A DNA stretch of 61,028 nt from a virus. Taxonomy: Duplodnaviria; Caudoviricetes. The notes under the pieces were generated by a model. It saw only the letters and a list, made by a program, of their open reading frames with translations. It did not search any database and was not told the origin of the DNA. Position 1 is the first letter of the stretch. Every line of letters starts with the position of its first letter. A program made the translations under genes and the position numbers. Where the stretch lies: IMG/VR virus record IMGVR_UViG_3300034272_001471, positions 1 through 61,028 of that record; one strand, written 5' to 3'. This document shows positions 33,996-44,908 of the stretch, piece by piece.

Positions 33996-35441
33996 TCACG
34001 TAGTGCTGGGAGTTGGTCGGCGGCGATACCCGCCCGTTGGTCCAATGACCTGCGGGCCGCCAGTCGGCCTGCCGGGAAGTCTGCCGCGACCCGGAACCTG
34101 TCCCCGGCGTGAGCCTTCCTCTTGGTCAGCCAGGGCGAACAGCTCGTCGATCCTTCGCTTCATGGCGGAGTATTCCGCCTGAGAGATATTGCCCTGCGAG
34201 GAGCGAATGTTGAGCTCCGACATCATTCGCCGGGCCTGCGAGCGGTAGTCAGTTCCCTGGTTGGCCTGGATCTGCTGGTTGGCATCACGCTGGATGGAGC
34301 TGGTCTGGGCGTTCTGCTGCTCCATCGGCATGATCGCCGGCTGAGTGCCTGCCGTCCGGCCCTCCGCAGCCTTGGCGTACAGGGCGTCGGCCTGCTTGAT
34401 CAACGCAATAGATTCTGGCGTCTGCCGGCCAGCCTGCCGCTGGATGTCGTTGGCCCTGGCGATCAACTGCCTCGCCTGTGCCGAGTAGTCGGGAGGGCCT
34501 TGCATGACGGTCGGTTCCGGAACATCCGGAGTCGCCGCCACCTGCGGGGCAGGGCGAGTCTCGTTGACGAGATCGGCCGTGGACGAGCCGAGCTTCGGTG
34601 CAGGCGGATCTCCGCTGGCCGGCGGGGTGGTGTCCTGCCTTGGAATCAGGAACGGGGCCGCGAAGCCCGCGGCCAAAGCGGCAGCGCCTGCGCCCGCACG
34701 CTTGTAGAAGTCGGAGTTGAACGGAGCGGCAGGAGGATCGCGGCGGGCCATGCCAGGGTATGGCCCGTCCACCACATCGTCGGCCATGGAAGCGGCCGGC
34801 ATCGGGCGAGGTGCCGGAAGCGGTGCGTCAACGGCTGGGCCAAGGTCTTCCGGCGAGCGGAAGGCTTGTTCGCCCATGACCGCCGGCTTCCGGCTGGCCC
34901 GCGGCCGAAGGGGAGGCGGCACAACACTGGACACGCCAGCGTCCGGAGCGGGCGGCGGGTTCGCACCGGGGCCATCCACGCCCCTGGCGCCGGGAAGAAG
35001 TTCCCGCACAGCATTGCCGTCCGGATCGACGGGCCTCTGCTTCGGGGCGCTCTTGCGGGGACGCCCCCTTCGGGCGCCCTCCGCCTTGTTGACAGCGTTG
35101 CGGTACGCCTCCATGATTTCTTCTGGAGACGCGGAGTCGATGCGGGCGGCGAACTCCGGGTCCAGCTCTTGGAGGGCGGCGCGGATGTTGCCGTCCGGTC
35201 GCAGGCCAGTGGCCGTGTTCCCGGCAACTCGCTCCTCAACGCCCACTGGACTCCGCGTGGCCGGCTTCTTGGATCCGGCTTGCAGTTGGTCGATGTACCG
35301 CTGCAGGTCCGCAACCGACATCTTCTCATAGCCTGGGATCGACCGCACAAAGGCGTCGATCTGGTCCAGCTCCATGCCGCCCACGTTGGCGGAAGCCCAG
35401 TCCATCAACTTGGCGAAGTTTGCCGCCTTGCCTTTAGCCAT
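33996..35441 (-). CDS. Putative virion protein (Pro/Ala-rich)
   Basis: ORF track; operon packing. Confidence 0.6.
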   Translation of the reverse strand: MAKGKAANFAKLMDWASANVGGMELDQIDAFVRSIPGYEKMSVADLQRYIDQLQAGSKKPATRSPVGVEERVAGNTATGLRPDGNIRAALQELDPEFAARIDSASPEEIMEAYRNAVNKAEGARRGRPRKSAPKQRPVDPDGNAVRELLPGARGVDGPGANPPPAPDAGVSSVVPPPLRPRASRKPAVMGEQAFRSPEDLGPAVDAPLPAPRPMPAASMADDVVDGPYPGMARRDPPAAPFNSDFYKRAGAGAAALAAGFAAPFLIPRQDTTPPASGDPPAPKLGSSTADLVNETRPAPQVAATPDVPEPTVMQGPPDYSAQARQLIARANDIQRQAGRQTPESIALIKQADALYAKAAEGRTAGTQPAIMPMEQQNAQTSSIQRDANQQIQANQGTDYRSQARRMMSELNIRSSQGNISQAEYSAMKRRIDELFALADQEEGSRRGQVPGRGRLPGRPTGGPQVIGPTGGYRRRPTPSTT

Positions 35442-35691
35442 TCTTCTTTTCCTTCTTCTTCGGCAGGTCGGCCAGCTCGCCGTCGCTAGACGGGTCGTCC
35501 TCCTCCACCTTGGGCGTGTTGGGCTTGCCGTGCATCTCCTCGTCTAGGTCTGCGAGGTCGTTCTTCTCAGCCCGCTTCTGGAGCTTGTCCAGAAGGGCCT
35601 TCTCCTCGCCATCCTTGGTAACCAGGAGCTGCTTTACTAGCCGCTCCAGCGCATTGCGGTTGAGGTCGCGGAGATCAAAGTCCATCTTCAT
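35434..35691 (-). CDS. Small charged hypothetical protein
   Basis: ORF track; TAATG coupling. Confidence 0.6.
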   Translation of the reverse strand: MKMDFDLRDLNRNALERLVKQLLVTKDGEEKALLDKLQKRAEKNDLADLDEEMHGKPNTPKVEEDDPSSDGELADLPKKKEKKNG

Positions 35692-36134
35692 TACAAGAGC
35701 CCTGAGAGTAGGTTCTGGACGGTGCCGCCAAGGAAACCAGTGGCGTTGGATTGACGTTGCAGGGCCGCCAGCGCCTGCTGCTGTCGCATCTGCTCTTGGA
35801 GTTGCGACATCTGTAGGGCCATCTGGTCCTGCGAGGCGGCGTGTTGCAGCCCCATATTGGCGTTGGTGGAGGCGTCCTGCATGGGGATCTGTTCGGCCGC
35901 ACCAGCCGCCTGGGCGTACGCATTGGCGGCGGAGGTGGCCGCATACTGCTGCTGCCCCTTGCCGCGTGACATGCCAGCCTTGTCGTAGGCTTTCATGTTC
36001 ATGCGGGGGTCAGCCACAGCCTGGGCCTGCGCTCGCCCCTGGTTGTACGCAGCGTCGGTCTGCTGCTGTGCAAACCCCAGCGGCTTGGCGGGCTGGGTGT
36101 ACGACTGGATCTGGTCGCGTGCAAACGCCGGCAT
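35691..36134 (-). CDS. Q/A-rich putative ejection protein
   Basis: Ends NLLSGLL; TGATG coupling. Confidence 0.6.
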   Translation of the reverse strand: MPAFARDQIQSYTQPAKPLGFAQQQTDAAYNQGRAQAQAVADPRMNMKAYDKAGMSRGKGQQQYAATSAANAYAQAAGAAEQIPMQDASTNANMGLQHAASQDQMALQMSQLQEQMRQQQALAALQRQSNATGFLGGTVQNLLSGLL

Positions 36135-36505
36135 CAGAGCAACCCCCCAAGAAGCCCGGTGGAGCCAGACATGATGTCGTTAAGGAACCCATACCGAATC
36201 CGGTCGGCCTCGGCCTGCTGCTGGTAAGCGTTGGCCTGCCGCTGCGCCATGGCGTTCAGCCCACCCAGCACAGACTGGTCCTGGGCCTTCTGAGCGGTCA
36301 TGTAGTACTGACTCTGGTTCTCCGAAGCAGCCCGACCGAGATCGACCGCGGCCTTCTGTCCCTGGCCGCGGTACACATCTTGGAAATGCTTGTTGGCAGC
36401 CGGAGATCGGAACTGGGCGGCCGGCTGCTGACGCAAGCGAGCCTGACCCTGGGTGGGGTCGAAGACCTGCTTGGAACTGTCGATAGATGTGCGGTAGTCA
36501 AACAT
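36134..36505 (-). CDS. Q/A-rich putative ejection protein
   Basis: Ends GLLGGLL; TAATG coupling. Confidence 0.6.
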   Translation of the reverse strand: MFDYRTSIDSSKQVFDPTQGQARLRQQPAAQFRSPAANKHFQDVYRGQGQKAAVDLGRAASENQSQYYMTAQKAQDQSVLGGLNAMAQRQANAYQQQAEADRIRYGFLNDIMSGSTGLLGGLL

Positions 36506-38277
36506 TACGCATACCCAATGAGTGCTGCCGGAACCCGGCGGGCGCCGCTTGCGATGGCCCGTGCGCGGGCCGCGGTGTAGGCGTCACGCCTGACATCACC
36601 AGCCTCAATGTCGTCGCGAGCCTTATCGGCCTCTGACATGAACTGCCGCGTGCGGCCCAGCGAGTTGTTCCACAGGTTGTTGATGCCGGCGTAGGTCTGC
36701 TGGTAGTTGTTGTTCAGCCCAGCCTGCGTGCCGTCATAGGCGGAGCGAAGACCACTGCCGAACATGCCGTAGGAGCGGCCCATCTGGTCGGCCATGGATG
36801 CGATCTGGCCAGACCCGGCAGCCAGCATCGGATTTATTTCACCGGCTGCAGACCTCATCGCTCCGCCCATCTGAGCCCCGGCATTGCCAAGGAGCCCGCC
36901 AAGCCCGGCCATGCCGGAGGACATGGCCGCCGCAATCGCATTGGCCCCGGAGGCGTTGTTGCCCCCCATGGCACCAAAGACCGAGCCGGCGTCATAGCCC
37001 GACCTCGGCAGGGCCCGGGAGATGTCGCTGACGTTCAATTGGTCGTAGCCTCTGTTCATGTTCGCGGTCAGCGAATCCAGAATGCTGCGGTCGGTGGTTG
37101 CCGCCCGGTTCGCATCGAACTGCCGGCCCAGGTCGGCACGGAGCATCCCGGCCTGCGAGTCGCCGCGATCATTACGATCCAGCAAGGAATCCATGAAGCT
37201 GCGGGTCGTCTGGGCGCCATTGAACTCCGGCAGCGCGGGCGGAGTGAATGACGGCGTGGACATAGCCGGCGCAGAAGACTGCGACGAGGTCGCCCCGCCA
37301 CCAGCGGCAGGCATGTCACCTCCGCCATAGCCGGCAGCGATCAGCCCGCCTGGACCAGACGCCGTGAAGCCGATGTCGCCGCCGTAGCCAGACGACGGCA
37401 GCCCCGTCCGAAGAGTCTCCAAGATCTGCGGAAGGACTCCAGACAAGACGCCGAGCTTGGCGTACTGCGGCCCGGCGGCCTGCTGCGCTGCCGCAGCATT
37501 TCCCCTGGCGGCAGAGTCTGCAGCAGCGGCAGCAGCCAGAGAGTTGCCCAGTTGGCCCTGCATGTTGCTGTTGGCTGCCGCCATCTGCCCGTAGGCGTTG
37601 GCGGCAGCGATAGACTGGTTGGCAAGGCTGGCCGCCTGGGCCGCACCAAGGCCGCCCAAGGCCGACTGATTGGCCGCCCCGAGAGAGGCACGGGCCCCAT
37701 ACAGATTCCCAACGGCATTCCCGGCCGCCGCATCCCGGGCCGACAGACCCTGCATGGCGCTGCCGAAAGCATTGGCCATGGCTGGGTTCGACGAGCCGTA
37801 CATATCCCCCAGAGCAGAAGCCGCGGACGCGCCGAGCTGGCCAGTGGCATTGGCAACAGAGCTGCCAACCGACCCCAGCCCCTGCATGGCTGCCGCTCCC
37901 ATGCCACCCATGGCACCCACGCCCTGCCCGTACAGCCCGGCAGCCGACTGGCCAAGATTGGCTTGGTTGGCGAACAGCGACTGCGTGGCCTGGGAATAGG
38001 GATTGGTGTAGGCGTTTAGGGCCCCGACCTGGGCGCCGGCATTGGCCCCGTACAGCCCGCCCAAGGCGTTCGCAAAACTGGCCGGCTGCTGGTACAGCGT
38101 GGCGTCTCGCTGGGCGTCGGCCTGCTCGCGGGCCGCCATCCAGTTGCCTTGCGCCCCGTACAGGGCAGCATTCTCGGCCCCTTCGGCCTGCCGGTGCGAC
38201 TGGTAGGACTTGGCCGCCAGCGCCTGCGACACGGGGTTCCCCGAGTAGCGGTATGTGGGCAAGGAATTGAACGGCAT
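36505..38277 (-). CDS. Gly/Ala/Gln-rich DNA-transfer (pilot-like) protein
   Basis: AGGAGG SD; periodic GLYG/NAYG repeats. Confidence 0.6.
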   Translation of the reverse strand: MPFNSLPTYRYSGNPVSQALAAKSYQSHRQAEGAENAALYGAQGNWMAAREQADAQRDATLYQQPASFANALGGLYGANAGAQVGALNAYTNPYSQATQSLFANQANLGQSAAGLYGQGVGAMGGMGAAAMQGLGSVGSSVANATGQLGASAASALGDMYGSSNPAMANAFGSAMQGLSARDAAAGNAVGNLYGARASLGAANQSALGGLGAAQAASLANQSIAAANAYGQMAAANSNMQGQLGNSLAAAAAADSAARGNAAAAQQAAGPQYAKLGVLSGVLPQILETLRTGLPSSGYGGDIGFTASGPGGLIAAGYGGGDMPAAGGGATSSQSSAPAMSTPSFTPPALPEFNGAQTTRSFMDSLLDRNDRGDSQAGMLRADLGRQFDANRAATTDRSILDSLTANMNRGYDQLNVSDISRALPRSGYDAGSVFGAMGGNNASGANAIAAAMSSGMAGLGGLLGNAGAQMGGAMRSAAGEINPMLAAGSGQIASMADQMGRSYGMFGSGLRSAYDGTQAGLNNNYQQTYAGINNLWNNSLGRTRQFMSEADKARDDIEAGDVRRDAYTAARARAIASGARRVPAALIGYA

Positions 38278-38314
38278 GCGGGCCTCCTATTTACTTAATG
38301 TCCTGGGGAGGGCG

Positions 38315-39319
38315 TCAGGAGTCAGGGAGGGGGTTGATCTCTGAAATAAGGGTCAATTGCGGCGTTTCGATGCCGACAGTCTCCCGCACCTCGCAGGTGT
38401 CGGTGTCGAAGGTCGCCCCGGCAACGATGACCTCCAGGATCTCGTCGTCGGCCTGCGGAACCACCGGCAGCAGGACCTTCACCCGCGCCCGGGTGGCCAC
38501 CAACTTGTCGTCCACGTACTCCAGTTTGGTGATGACGGTCTGGTCCATGAAGGCCATCAGAATCGGCGGCCCACCTCCCAGCGGTCGGTTGATTGTGATG
38601 CTGTTGTCGAACAAGACAGGGCCGAAGAACGTCGTCGGGCCGTAGTGGAAGGACGATGCGAACTGGTACGACGGCCCACCGTTGAACGTGGGGCCGTTGT
38701 TGGTGACGGTGCTATTGTTGGTGACTGGCCCTCCGGCGAACGTGTTGTTCGCAACGTGCATGTCCCCTTCAACGAACGTGTCCCCTTCAACGAACGTATC
38801 GCCATCCACAAAGGTGTCGCCCGCGTTGTAGATGTTCTCGGTGTAAGCGTCCCCGACATCGATTTGGCCAGCGCTCACCTCACCGGCCTGCACCCCGCCC
38901 GCAAACTGGTGGGGGTGCCCGGGAGCCCATTGGGAGATCAAGGGGTTCCAGTTGGCTGATTGCCCAGGCGTTGGGGCGTACGGGCTGTACGGCCCGCTGC
39001 CTTCAGGGACATCTACAAATGGAATGTTGTCCCACGCCATCGGCTGCCACGCCGGCATGTTGATCGACACACTGCCCGGCGTGATCGGAGGAAACCACGG
39101 GGCGCTCTGCGGGCGGTACGGCTCCACCTGTCCGGGCGGCGGCGAGATCGTCGGGTACAGTCCAGACCACGGGTCTTGGTAGGTGAACTGCATCGGGCCG
39201 CGATGCTCAAGCGTCTGGGCGCAATTGCACAGCGCCTGGGCGAGATCCTGTGCCGACCCCTGATCCTGAAACGCCCCTCGCAATGCCGTCTGAATCTGGT
39301 TGGCTTGGCGGGTGAACAT
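38315..39319 (-). CDS. Putative tail protein
   Basis: GDTFV(D/E) tandem repeats (beta-helix-like). Confidence 0.55.
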   Translation of the reverse strand: MFTRQANQIQTALRGAFQDQGSAQDLAQALCNCAQTLEHRGPMQFTYQDPWSGLYPTISPPPGQVEPYRPQSAPWFPPITPGSVSINMPAWQPMAWDNIPFVDVPEGSGPYSPYAPTPGQSANWNPLISQWAPGHPHQFAGGVQAGEVSAGQIDVGDAYTENIYNAGDTFVDGDTFVEGDTFVEGDMHVANNTFAGGPVTNNSTVTNNGPTFNGGPSYQFASSFHYGPTTFFGPVLFDNSITINRPLGGGPPILMAFMDQTVITKLEYVDDKLVATRARVKVLLPVVPQADDEILEVIVAGATFDTDTCEVRETVGIETPQLTLISEINPLPDS

Positions 39320-41965
39320 CTACTGCCCCACCCCCGACACAGCAATGCCGTGAAGCGTCAGGTCGTTTGCGGCCGTGCGAGTGGCCGACAGGTTGAGGGC
39401 CAGATGCCGGTCAGCGCCGGCCGACTGATCATCGACACGCCCAGAGTACGCGCAAAGCGCATGGCCGGTAGCGTCTCCCAGCGACGACCGCGTCAGCTTC
39501 AGGTTGAGTTTCGCCGCCTCGCCACCCTCGGTGGTGAACCCAGTGCCACGGTCGGTTCGCACAGCAGCCTGCCGGGCAGAGGAGGAGTTGTTGTAGTGAA
39601 GTGCAAGCGACAGCGTGCAGTCGTTGGTCGTCGGCTTGTACAGCAGTCGGATTCCCCGATCTTCGTCTTTCGGGTCGAACGGCAGATTGCCTGTCCGGTA
39701 CGTGCAGGCGATGCCCGTGGCCGCCCCGGCGCTGTTGATGTCTTGCGTGCCGGAGTCCAGGCGATAGATCGACCCCGTCTGCCCGCCGACCAAGACCGTC
39801 TGGCGACTGGAGCTGATCACGCACTCCGCGGCAGCGAAGGTCTGGGCGTAGTTCTCGGCCCACCAACTCTTGGTCATGGGGTGGAAGCACAACGCCCGAT
39901 CTGGCATACCGGCGGATGCGGCGTAGAAGAATCGGACTATGCGGGTCTGCGGATCGACGCGGACGAAGAACCACTTGGACGACGGGAAGTGGATCAGGCC
40001 GTCTGTCCAGAAGGTGTCCACGGCGTCCGACAGCGGCACAGCGATCTGACCGTCGAACATGTACATGCCGATGGAATCGACCACGTACGCAACACCGTCA
40101 TGGATGTCCCAGCATCGCTGGTTGAGGCAGCCGCGGTGCGCCAATAGGGAAATGGAGGCGTCGATCACGGGCTGGGCAGCGTACGAGAGCCGATAGGCTC
40201 GCCGCTGCTGGAAGGCGACCAGCGCCGACCCGAACGGCATCAGAGCCGATATCTTGTCGGTGCCCTTGACGTTCTCTTGGATGACCAGCTCGTTCGTCTC
40301 AGGGACCGACTCTGGCTCGTCCACCTCAGAAAAGTACAGGCTGTTGGGTTCGCTGCCGGAGGTGTCCACGCCGTACCACGCCCGGTCCTGGAACATGACG
40401 ATGGCCGACTTGTTTGTCGGCGGAGGCGTGAACCTCTTGGCATTCGGCTGCCCGTTCGGCAAGACGATGGGCAGGGCTCCAAACCATGGCGTGCGGAACG
40501 TAAAGACAGCCCCTGACGGGGGGTCAAATTCCAAGGCCGCTCCGCCAGCGGTCGCCGCGATCTTAAACGTATCGTTATCCACATCGCGCGCGTAGTATGT
40601 CACGCCCGCCGTGTAGATGAGGTCAGTTGAGGTTGTGAAGACAATAGCCTCATTGTTAGCCAGCCCGTGCGAAGGGCAAGAAAGCGTGTAGGCTGGGCTT
40701 TCAAGGACCGTGGCCGTCTTGGTCCTGTCAGGGTCGATCAGCCCAGCGTCCGACATGACATCGGTGTATGCGGTCGGCAGGTTGTTGGATCCATCCCTGG
40801 GCAGCGATGTTACGCGGTACAGCACCAATGCCTGATCGGAGGTGGTTCGCCACAGCTCCACCCGGCTGGCCCGAGCCTCGGCCCCCGAGTTCGACCAACT
40901 CCACGCCAACGAACCAGCGGGGCCGGTCAGCTCCACCTCCGTGAGGTCCGTGATGGAACTGGCTATCGGGCCGTTGGATGCCTCCGGCGTGTCATCGACA
41001 TAACGCAAAGCGCACCAGTACTTGCCTGTCAGGCACGGCTGGGCGACCGCCGACAACGACGCCGGCCTTGGCAGCAGTCCTGCGGGAGTGACAATGCTGG
41101 CTGTCGGGGCGACGAGATAGGCTCCGCCTTGCCGAACCGTGACGGCGGTGATCTGGCCCGCCGACAAGCCAGTCCCCACCGTGCATTCCGCATACGCCCC
41201 TCCGCCCTCGGACGACTGGAAGGTGAGGCGAGGAATGCCGGAGTACCCAGACCCAGCGGCGCTGACCGACACGCTGGCTACCCGATACTGGATGACCACA
41301 GTCCCGGTAGCGGTGGTGCCTGGGCTGGAGCTGAACGTGACGGTGGGGGCGGATGTGTATCCGCTGCCAGCGTTGACGACCGCCACAGCAACGACAGCGC
41401 CGTTCTCGTCGATGCTTACCCGCAGGAGCGCCCCGCTGCCGCCGCCGCCACTCACGGTAGCCGTTGGAGGCGCGGTGTATCCGGCCCCGATGTTCGTCAT
41501 CTTGATGTCCAGGACGAATCCCGAGATCGTCACCGCAAACGCGGCGCCGCTGCCGGCTGGAGAAGAGCCGTCTGGGGCGGCGACCGACACCGTTGGCGCT
41601 GCGGTGTAGTCCCGGCCGTAGCTCTGCATGACGATCCGGTGGATGCGGCCGTTCAGCACCTCGGCCTTGGCTGCCGCCGCCAAGCCAGATCCGCCAGAGA
41701 ACGTCACCGCCGGGACCTTCTGATAGCAGAACCCACCGTCCACCACATCCACGCTGCGGACAAAATACTTGGGCGTATAGTAGGAGGGGGTGACGGCGGG
41801 CGGCGTCGCTGGGGCAGTCAGCCCAAGTTGCTCCACGGCGGCTGTCACGCCATCCCATCGCAATCCGCGATCAACCCCGTTCACTCCGTAAATGTCCCCA
41901 TGACGACCTCTGGCGAAGGTCATCGGAACCGAAGTGGAGAACGGGGACGACGAGAGCTGCGTCAA
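39320..41965 (-). CDS. Tail protein (nozzle/stabilisation-like) with G.GYT.APTV repeats
   Basis: Repeated GSGYTSAPTVTF; C-terminal PNSLYFSE...PES beta-propeller-like region. Confidence 0.65.
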   Translation of the reverse strand: MTQLSSSPFSTSVPMTFARGRHGDIYGVNGVDRGLRWDGVTAAVEQLGLTAPATPPAVTPSYYTPKYFVRSVDVVDGGFCYQKVPAVTFSGGSGLAAAAKAEVLNGRIHRIVMQSYGRDYTAAPTVSVAAPDGSSPAGSGAAFAVTISGFVLDIKMTNIGAGYTAPPTATVSGGGGSGALLRVSIDENGAVVAVAVVNAGSGYTSAPTVTFSSSPGTTATGTVVIQYRVASVSVSAAGSGYSGIPRLTFQSSEGGGAYAECTVGTGLSAGQITAVTVRQGGAYLVAPTASIVTPAGLLPRPASLSAVAQPCLTGKYWCALRYVDDTPEASNGPIASSITDLTEVELTGPAGSLAWSWSNSGAEARASRVELWRTTSDQALVLYRVTSLPRDGSNNLPTAYTDVMSDAGLIDPDRTKTATVLESPAYTLSCPSHGLANNEAIVFTTSTDLIYTAGVTYYARDVDNDTFKIAATAGGAALEFDPPSGAVFTFRTPWFGALPIVLPNGQPNAKRFTPPPTNKSAIVMFQDRAWYGVDTSGSEPNSLYFSEVDEPESVPETNELVIQENVKGTDKISALMPFGSALVAFQQRRAYRLSYAAQPVIDASISLLAHRGCLNQRCWDIHDGVAYVVDSIGMYMFDGQIAVPLSDAVDTFWTDGLIHFPSSKWFFVRVDPQTRIVRFFYAASAGMPDRALCFHPMTKSWWAENYAQTFAAAECVISSSRQTVLVGGQTGSIYRLDSGTQDINSAGAATGIACTYRTGNLPFDPKDEDRGIRLLYKPTTNDCTLSLALHYNNSSSARQAAVRTDRGTGFTTEGGEAAKLNLKLTRSSLGDATGHALCAYSGRVDDQSAGADRHLALNLSATRTAANDLTLHGIAVSGVGQ

Positions 41966-42231
41966 CTGATGCCCTTTGCGACGAAGATGTGACCGCTGGA
42001 GTTCTGGTAGACCACCGCCTCCACGCCAGCCAGGGGGGCGCGAAACATCTCAACGATGGGGACGGTCGTTCCGGCATGGGTGGCAATCGTCACGCTCGCC
42101 TGCCCGTTGCGGGCCGACAGCTCCCCCGGCCGGCGGCACTGGAAGTTCGACTGCGTGACGGCAGCCCCAATCGGGACAGCGTACGGGCTGGCGTTGGTCA
42201 CCAGCCCCTTCCAGGTGTCGATGATGATCAT
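41962..42231 (-). CDS. Small tail-associated protein
   Basis: WKGLVTNASP; ATGA overlaps. Confidence 0.55.
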   Translation of the reverse strand: MIIIDTWKGLVTNASPYAVPIGAAVTQSNFQCRRPGELSARNGQASVTIATHAGTTVPIVEMFRAPLAGVEAVVYQNSSGHIFVAKGIS

Positions 42232-43367
42232 CCTTGGTCTGGCTTCAGGGGCGTACGCCAGCCTCCATCATGGTAGATTTCCTTGCTGCGACCGGAGAGC
42301 GGGGCTAACTGGTCCTGCTCAAACGCCAGCCGCAGGTCACGCTGGTACAACTGGAACGCCCGGTCCTCACCCTTGCCGCGGATCCGGGCCAGCCAATAGT
42401 CGCAGCAGGAGTCAACAGCCTGCTGCATGTGCGGCGCAACGTCAATCGGATCGGTGATCAGATATTTAGTCGATGAACTAATAGTTCCCGAGTCGGCGGT
42501 CGTCAGGCTGGTGGCCGATGCCACGGCGGTGATTTCGGTTTCCGCCATCCACGGCGTCAGCGCTTCGATAGGCCCGGGGGAATTAGAGGTGTCGCCAACC
42601 CGAAGGATGGAGCCGACCATCGCCGTCGCGAAGGCAGTGCTGGTTCCGGTGACGGTCGCGCTGGTCCGGGCGAGAGTGCCCTGCCGTACGGCCGTCTCAT
42701 GCCCCGAGTAGCGGATCGGCCGAGCCGACCGGCGATAGGTGAAGTCCACCGTCTCCACCTCGGTCGGGTGGCCAATCAACCGAATGGCCCAGCCGGATGA
42801 ATGCGGGTCCTTCACCACGGTCCAGTGGTACGGGCTGCCAGAAGAGTTCGACACACGCTCAATCTTCATCGCCTCGTCCGGCGTGACATAGACGCCCGAC
42901 CACCAATTGAACTCGTCGCTCGGCTCGTCCATGTTGCGGAAGTCGGACGGCAGCGGATACAGCGCGCGGAACAGCGTGTACGAGGTGCCCGCAGTCACAT
43001 TCAGTCCGGAGAACTGAGAGCCCAGAGTTGCGGAGGTCGCGGAGACATAGGCCCCGATTGGATACGAGCGGTCGCCGCACCGCAGCGTCCAGTGCTTGGC
43101 ATTGGCCGCCGTCACGCCGGCCGTGGCAAACGACCCGCCAGTCAGCGCGACCGTGCCAGACGACACCTCAACCGTGCCCGTGGAGTAGGTGGCGTTGGTC
43201 ACCACCCGCCCGTGGACATGGTAGTAGGACCAGTCCCTGATGGTCGTAACCTCGCCATAAGCCTTCTGGACGGCCGTGCGGATATCACGCTGCTCGGCAT
43301 CCTGCGGCCCGCCGTAGGACGAGACGATGAGGGATTCGACAAGGTCAAAGTAGGTGAGGTATGACAT
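42228..43367 (-). CDS. Head-tail adaptor/tail tubular-like protein
   Basis: YPLPSDF motif; position in the module. Confidence 0.55.
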   Translation of the reverse strand: MSYLTYFDLVESLIVSSYGGPQDAEQRDIRTAVQKAYGEVTTIRDWSYYHVHGRVVTNATYSTGTVEVSSGTVALTGGSFATAGVTAANAKHWTLRCGDRSYPIGAYVSATSATLGSQFSGLNVTAGTSYTLFRALYPLPSDFRNMDEPSDEFNWWSGVYVTPDEAMKIERVSNSSGSPYHWTVVKDPHSSGWAIRLIGHPTEVETVDFTYRRSARPIRYSGHETAVRQGTLARTSATVTGTSTAFATAMVGSILRVGDTSNSPGPIEALTPWMAETEITAVASATSLTTADSGTISSSTKYLITDPIDVAPHMQQAVDSCCDYWLARIRGKGEDRAFQLYQRDLRLAFEQDQLAPLSGRSKEIYHDGGWRTPLKPDQG

Positions 43368-43384
43368 GTGTTAGCCCGATGCAG

Positions 43385-43699
43385 TCACGGCTCGGGGGGT
43401 TGCGGTAGCAGGGCGACAGCGTCAGCCCAAGGGATGACTTCGACCGCAGCCCCGAGGGCGACCTTGTCGGCGTGCCCCCACATGGCGTGGAGCAGCCCGC
43501 CTGGTGCGACCTCTGTAAGAACGTCGGCCGAAAGCATGAGCCGTCCATCGGTCAAGACGCTTGGAACCGGGACGCAATTCGTCGATCCGTACTGGGCGTG
43601 CAGTTCACCTAGCCGCCCAGCCAACTGCACCGTGAACACCAGCGCATAACCGCGAGCGGCGGCGTAGGAAATCGGGAGCGTGAGGTCGGCGAGGGTCAT
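43385..43699 (-). CDS. Hypothetical protein
   Basis: ORF track; ATGA overlap. Confidence 0.55.
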   Translation of the reverse strand: MTLADLTLPISYAAARGYALVFTVQLAGRLGELHAQYGSTNCVPVPSVLTDGRLMLSADVLTEVAPGGLLHAMWGHADKVALGAAVEVIPWADAVALLPQPPEP

Positions 43700-44529
43700 A
43701 CGTTTCGCCCGAGTGCGGTTTGGAACGCCTGCATGGCCGCGTCGTATAGCGCAATCTGCGCCGCAGACAGCCCCGCCCCTATGGAGTACGCAGCCAGCGT
43801 CTGATTTGAAAACAGGGCTGGCGTGTACGCATTTGTGTCCGTGGCTTGGTCGTTTCGCGCGAACACGGCGAACGGAATCGAAGTGCCGGTAACAGTTCCG
43901 CTGACAGTGTTCTCTGCGGACAGCACAGTTCTGCGAAACGCAACAATCACAGTGCTTGTTGTACGGGTAGCCCCGATGAACGAATCATGCGGTGTCGGTA
44001 TTGCAAAACTGCCGCCGTTGGCGCCTAGCAAATTGCCGCCCGCGCCTAGTTCCCACGTATTCCCGAGCGCGGTTGACCGCGCACTTAGCAGCACGCCGCT
44101 GTTGACTGAGGTCCGCTTGTAGACGGCGAGGTGTGACTGCACGTTTCCGCCGGTAATCCACGCGGATGACGAAACTCCTGTCTGGAGGTACTTGTTGCTG
44201 CCGTTGCCCGTCAGGCCAGAGGCTAGGGTGTAGTCGCCGCCGACGAAGTTGACGTTGGTGTCCGCGGTGTTGCCGTACTGCGTTCCAGCGCGGCTCGGGC
44301 CTCTGTAGAGCGGAACGAGTGCGGCTAACAGGCCGTCGCCGGCCATCAACGACAAACGGTAGAACCGATCCCGCAGCCCAGCCGAGTCGATACTGCGGCA
44401 GAACGTCGTAACGGCCGCCATGGTTGACGCCGACACGGTGCCACCATTGGCGATGACGGCAGATCGCCACGCCAACGCCTCGGGGTGGCCGCTAGTCTTG
44501 GGTCGCAACAGCGCACCGCTCATGCCCAT
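43696..44529 (-). CDS. Lectin/ConA-like virion protein (putative)
   Basis: ANGGTVS...GLTGNGSNKYLQTG...AFQTALGRNV. Confidence 0.55.
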   Translation of the reverse strand: MGMSGALLRPKTSGHPEALAWRSAVIANGGTVSASTMAAVTTFCRSIDSAGLRDRFYRLSLMAGDGLLAALVPLYRGPSRAGTQYGNTADTNVNFVGGDYTLASGLTGNGSNKYLQTGVSSSAWITGGNVQSHLAVYKRTSVNSGVLLSARSTALGNTWELGAGGNLLGANGGSFAIPTPHDSFIGATRTTSTVIVAFRRTVLSAENTVSGTVTGTSIPFAVFARNDQATDTNAYTPALFSNQTLAAYSIGAGLSAAQIALYDAAMQAFQTALGRNV

Positions 44530-44578
44530 GGCGTCAGTTCCTCGTCGGGTCAGGCTTGCCGTCGTTCGCCAACCGCGG

Positions 44579-44908
44579 TCAGCCCTTGGCCATGACGGTC
44601 ATGGCGCAGGTGGTAGCACCGACCACAACGGGCACCACATGACTCACAGAAAACAAAGCGTCCGGCACCGGATGAATGCCGACCGTCAGGGCCGTGGTTA
44701 CCGCCGCGCCGTCCGCATACACTCGCTGGGGGGCGACCCGTGGGTCAACGGTCCCGAACCAGTTGATCTGCGTGGCCCCATTGGTGTTGGCGATCATCAC
44801 GCACGCCCCACCAAAGACTCCGAACGGAAACATCCCAGAGGTGGTCGCAGCCGAGCTGTTGGCCGTGACCACGGTCCCTGGTGAAAAGTGCCTCGCAATC
44901 TCGTTCAT
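44579..44908 (-). CDS. Hypothetical virion protein
   Basis: ORF track; ATGA overlap. Confidence 0.55.
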   Translation of the reverse strand: MNEIARHFSPGTVVTANSSAATTSGMFPFGVFGGACVMIANTNGATQINWFGTVDPRVAPQRVYADGAAVTTALTVGIHPVPDALFSVSHVVPVVVGATTCAMTVMAKG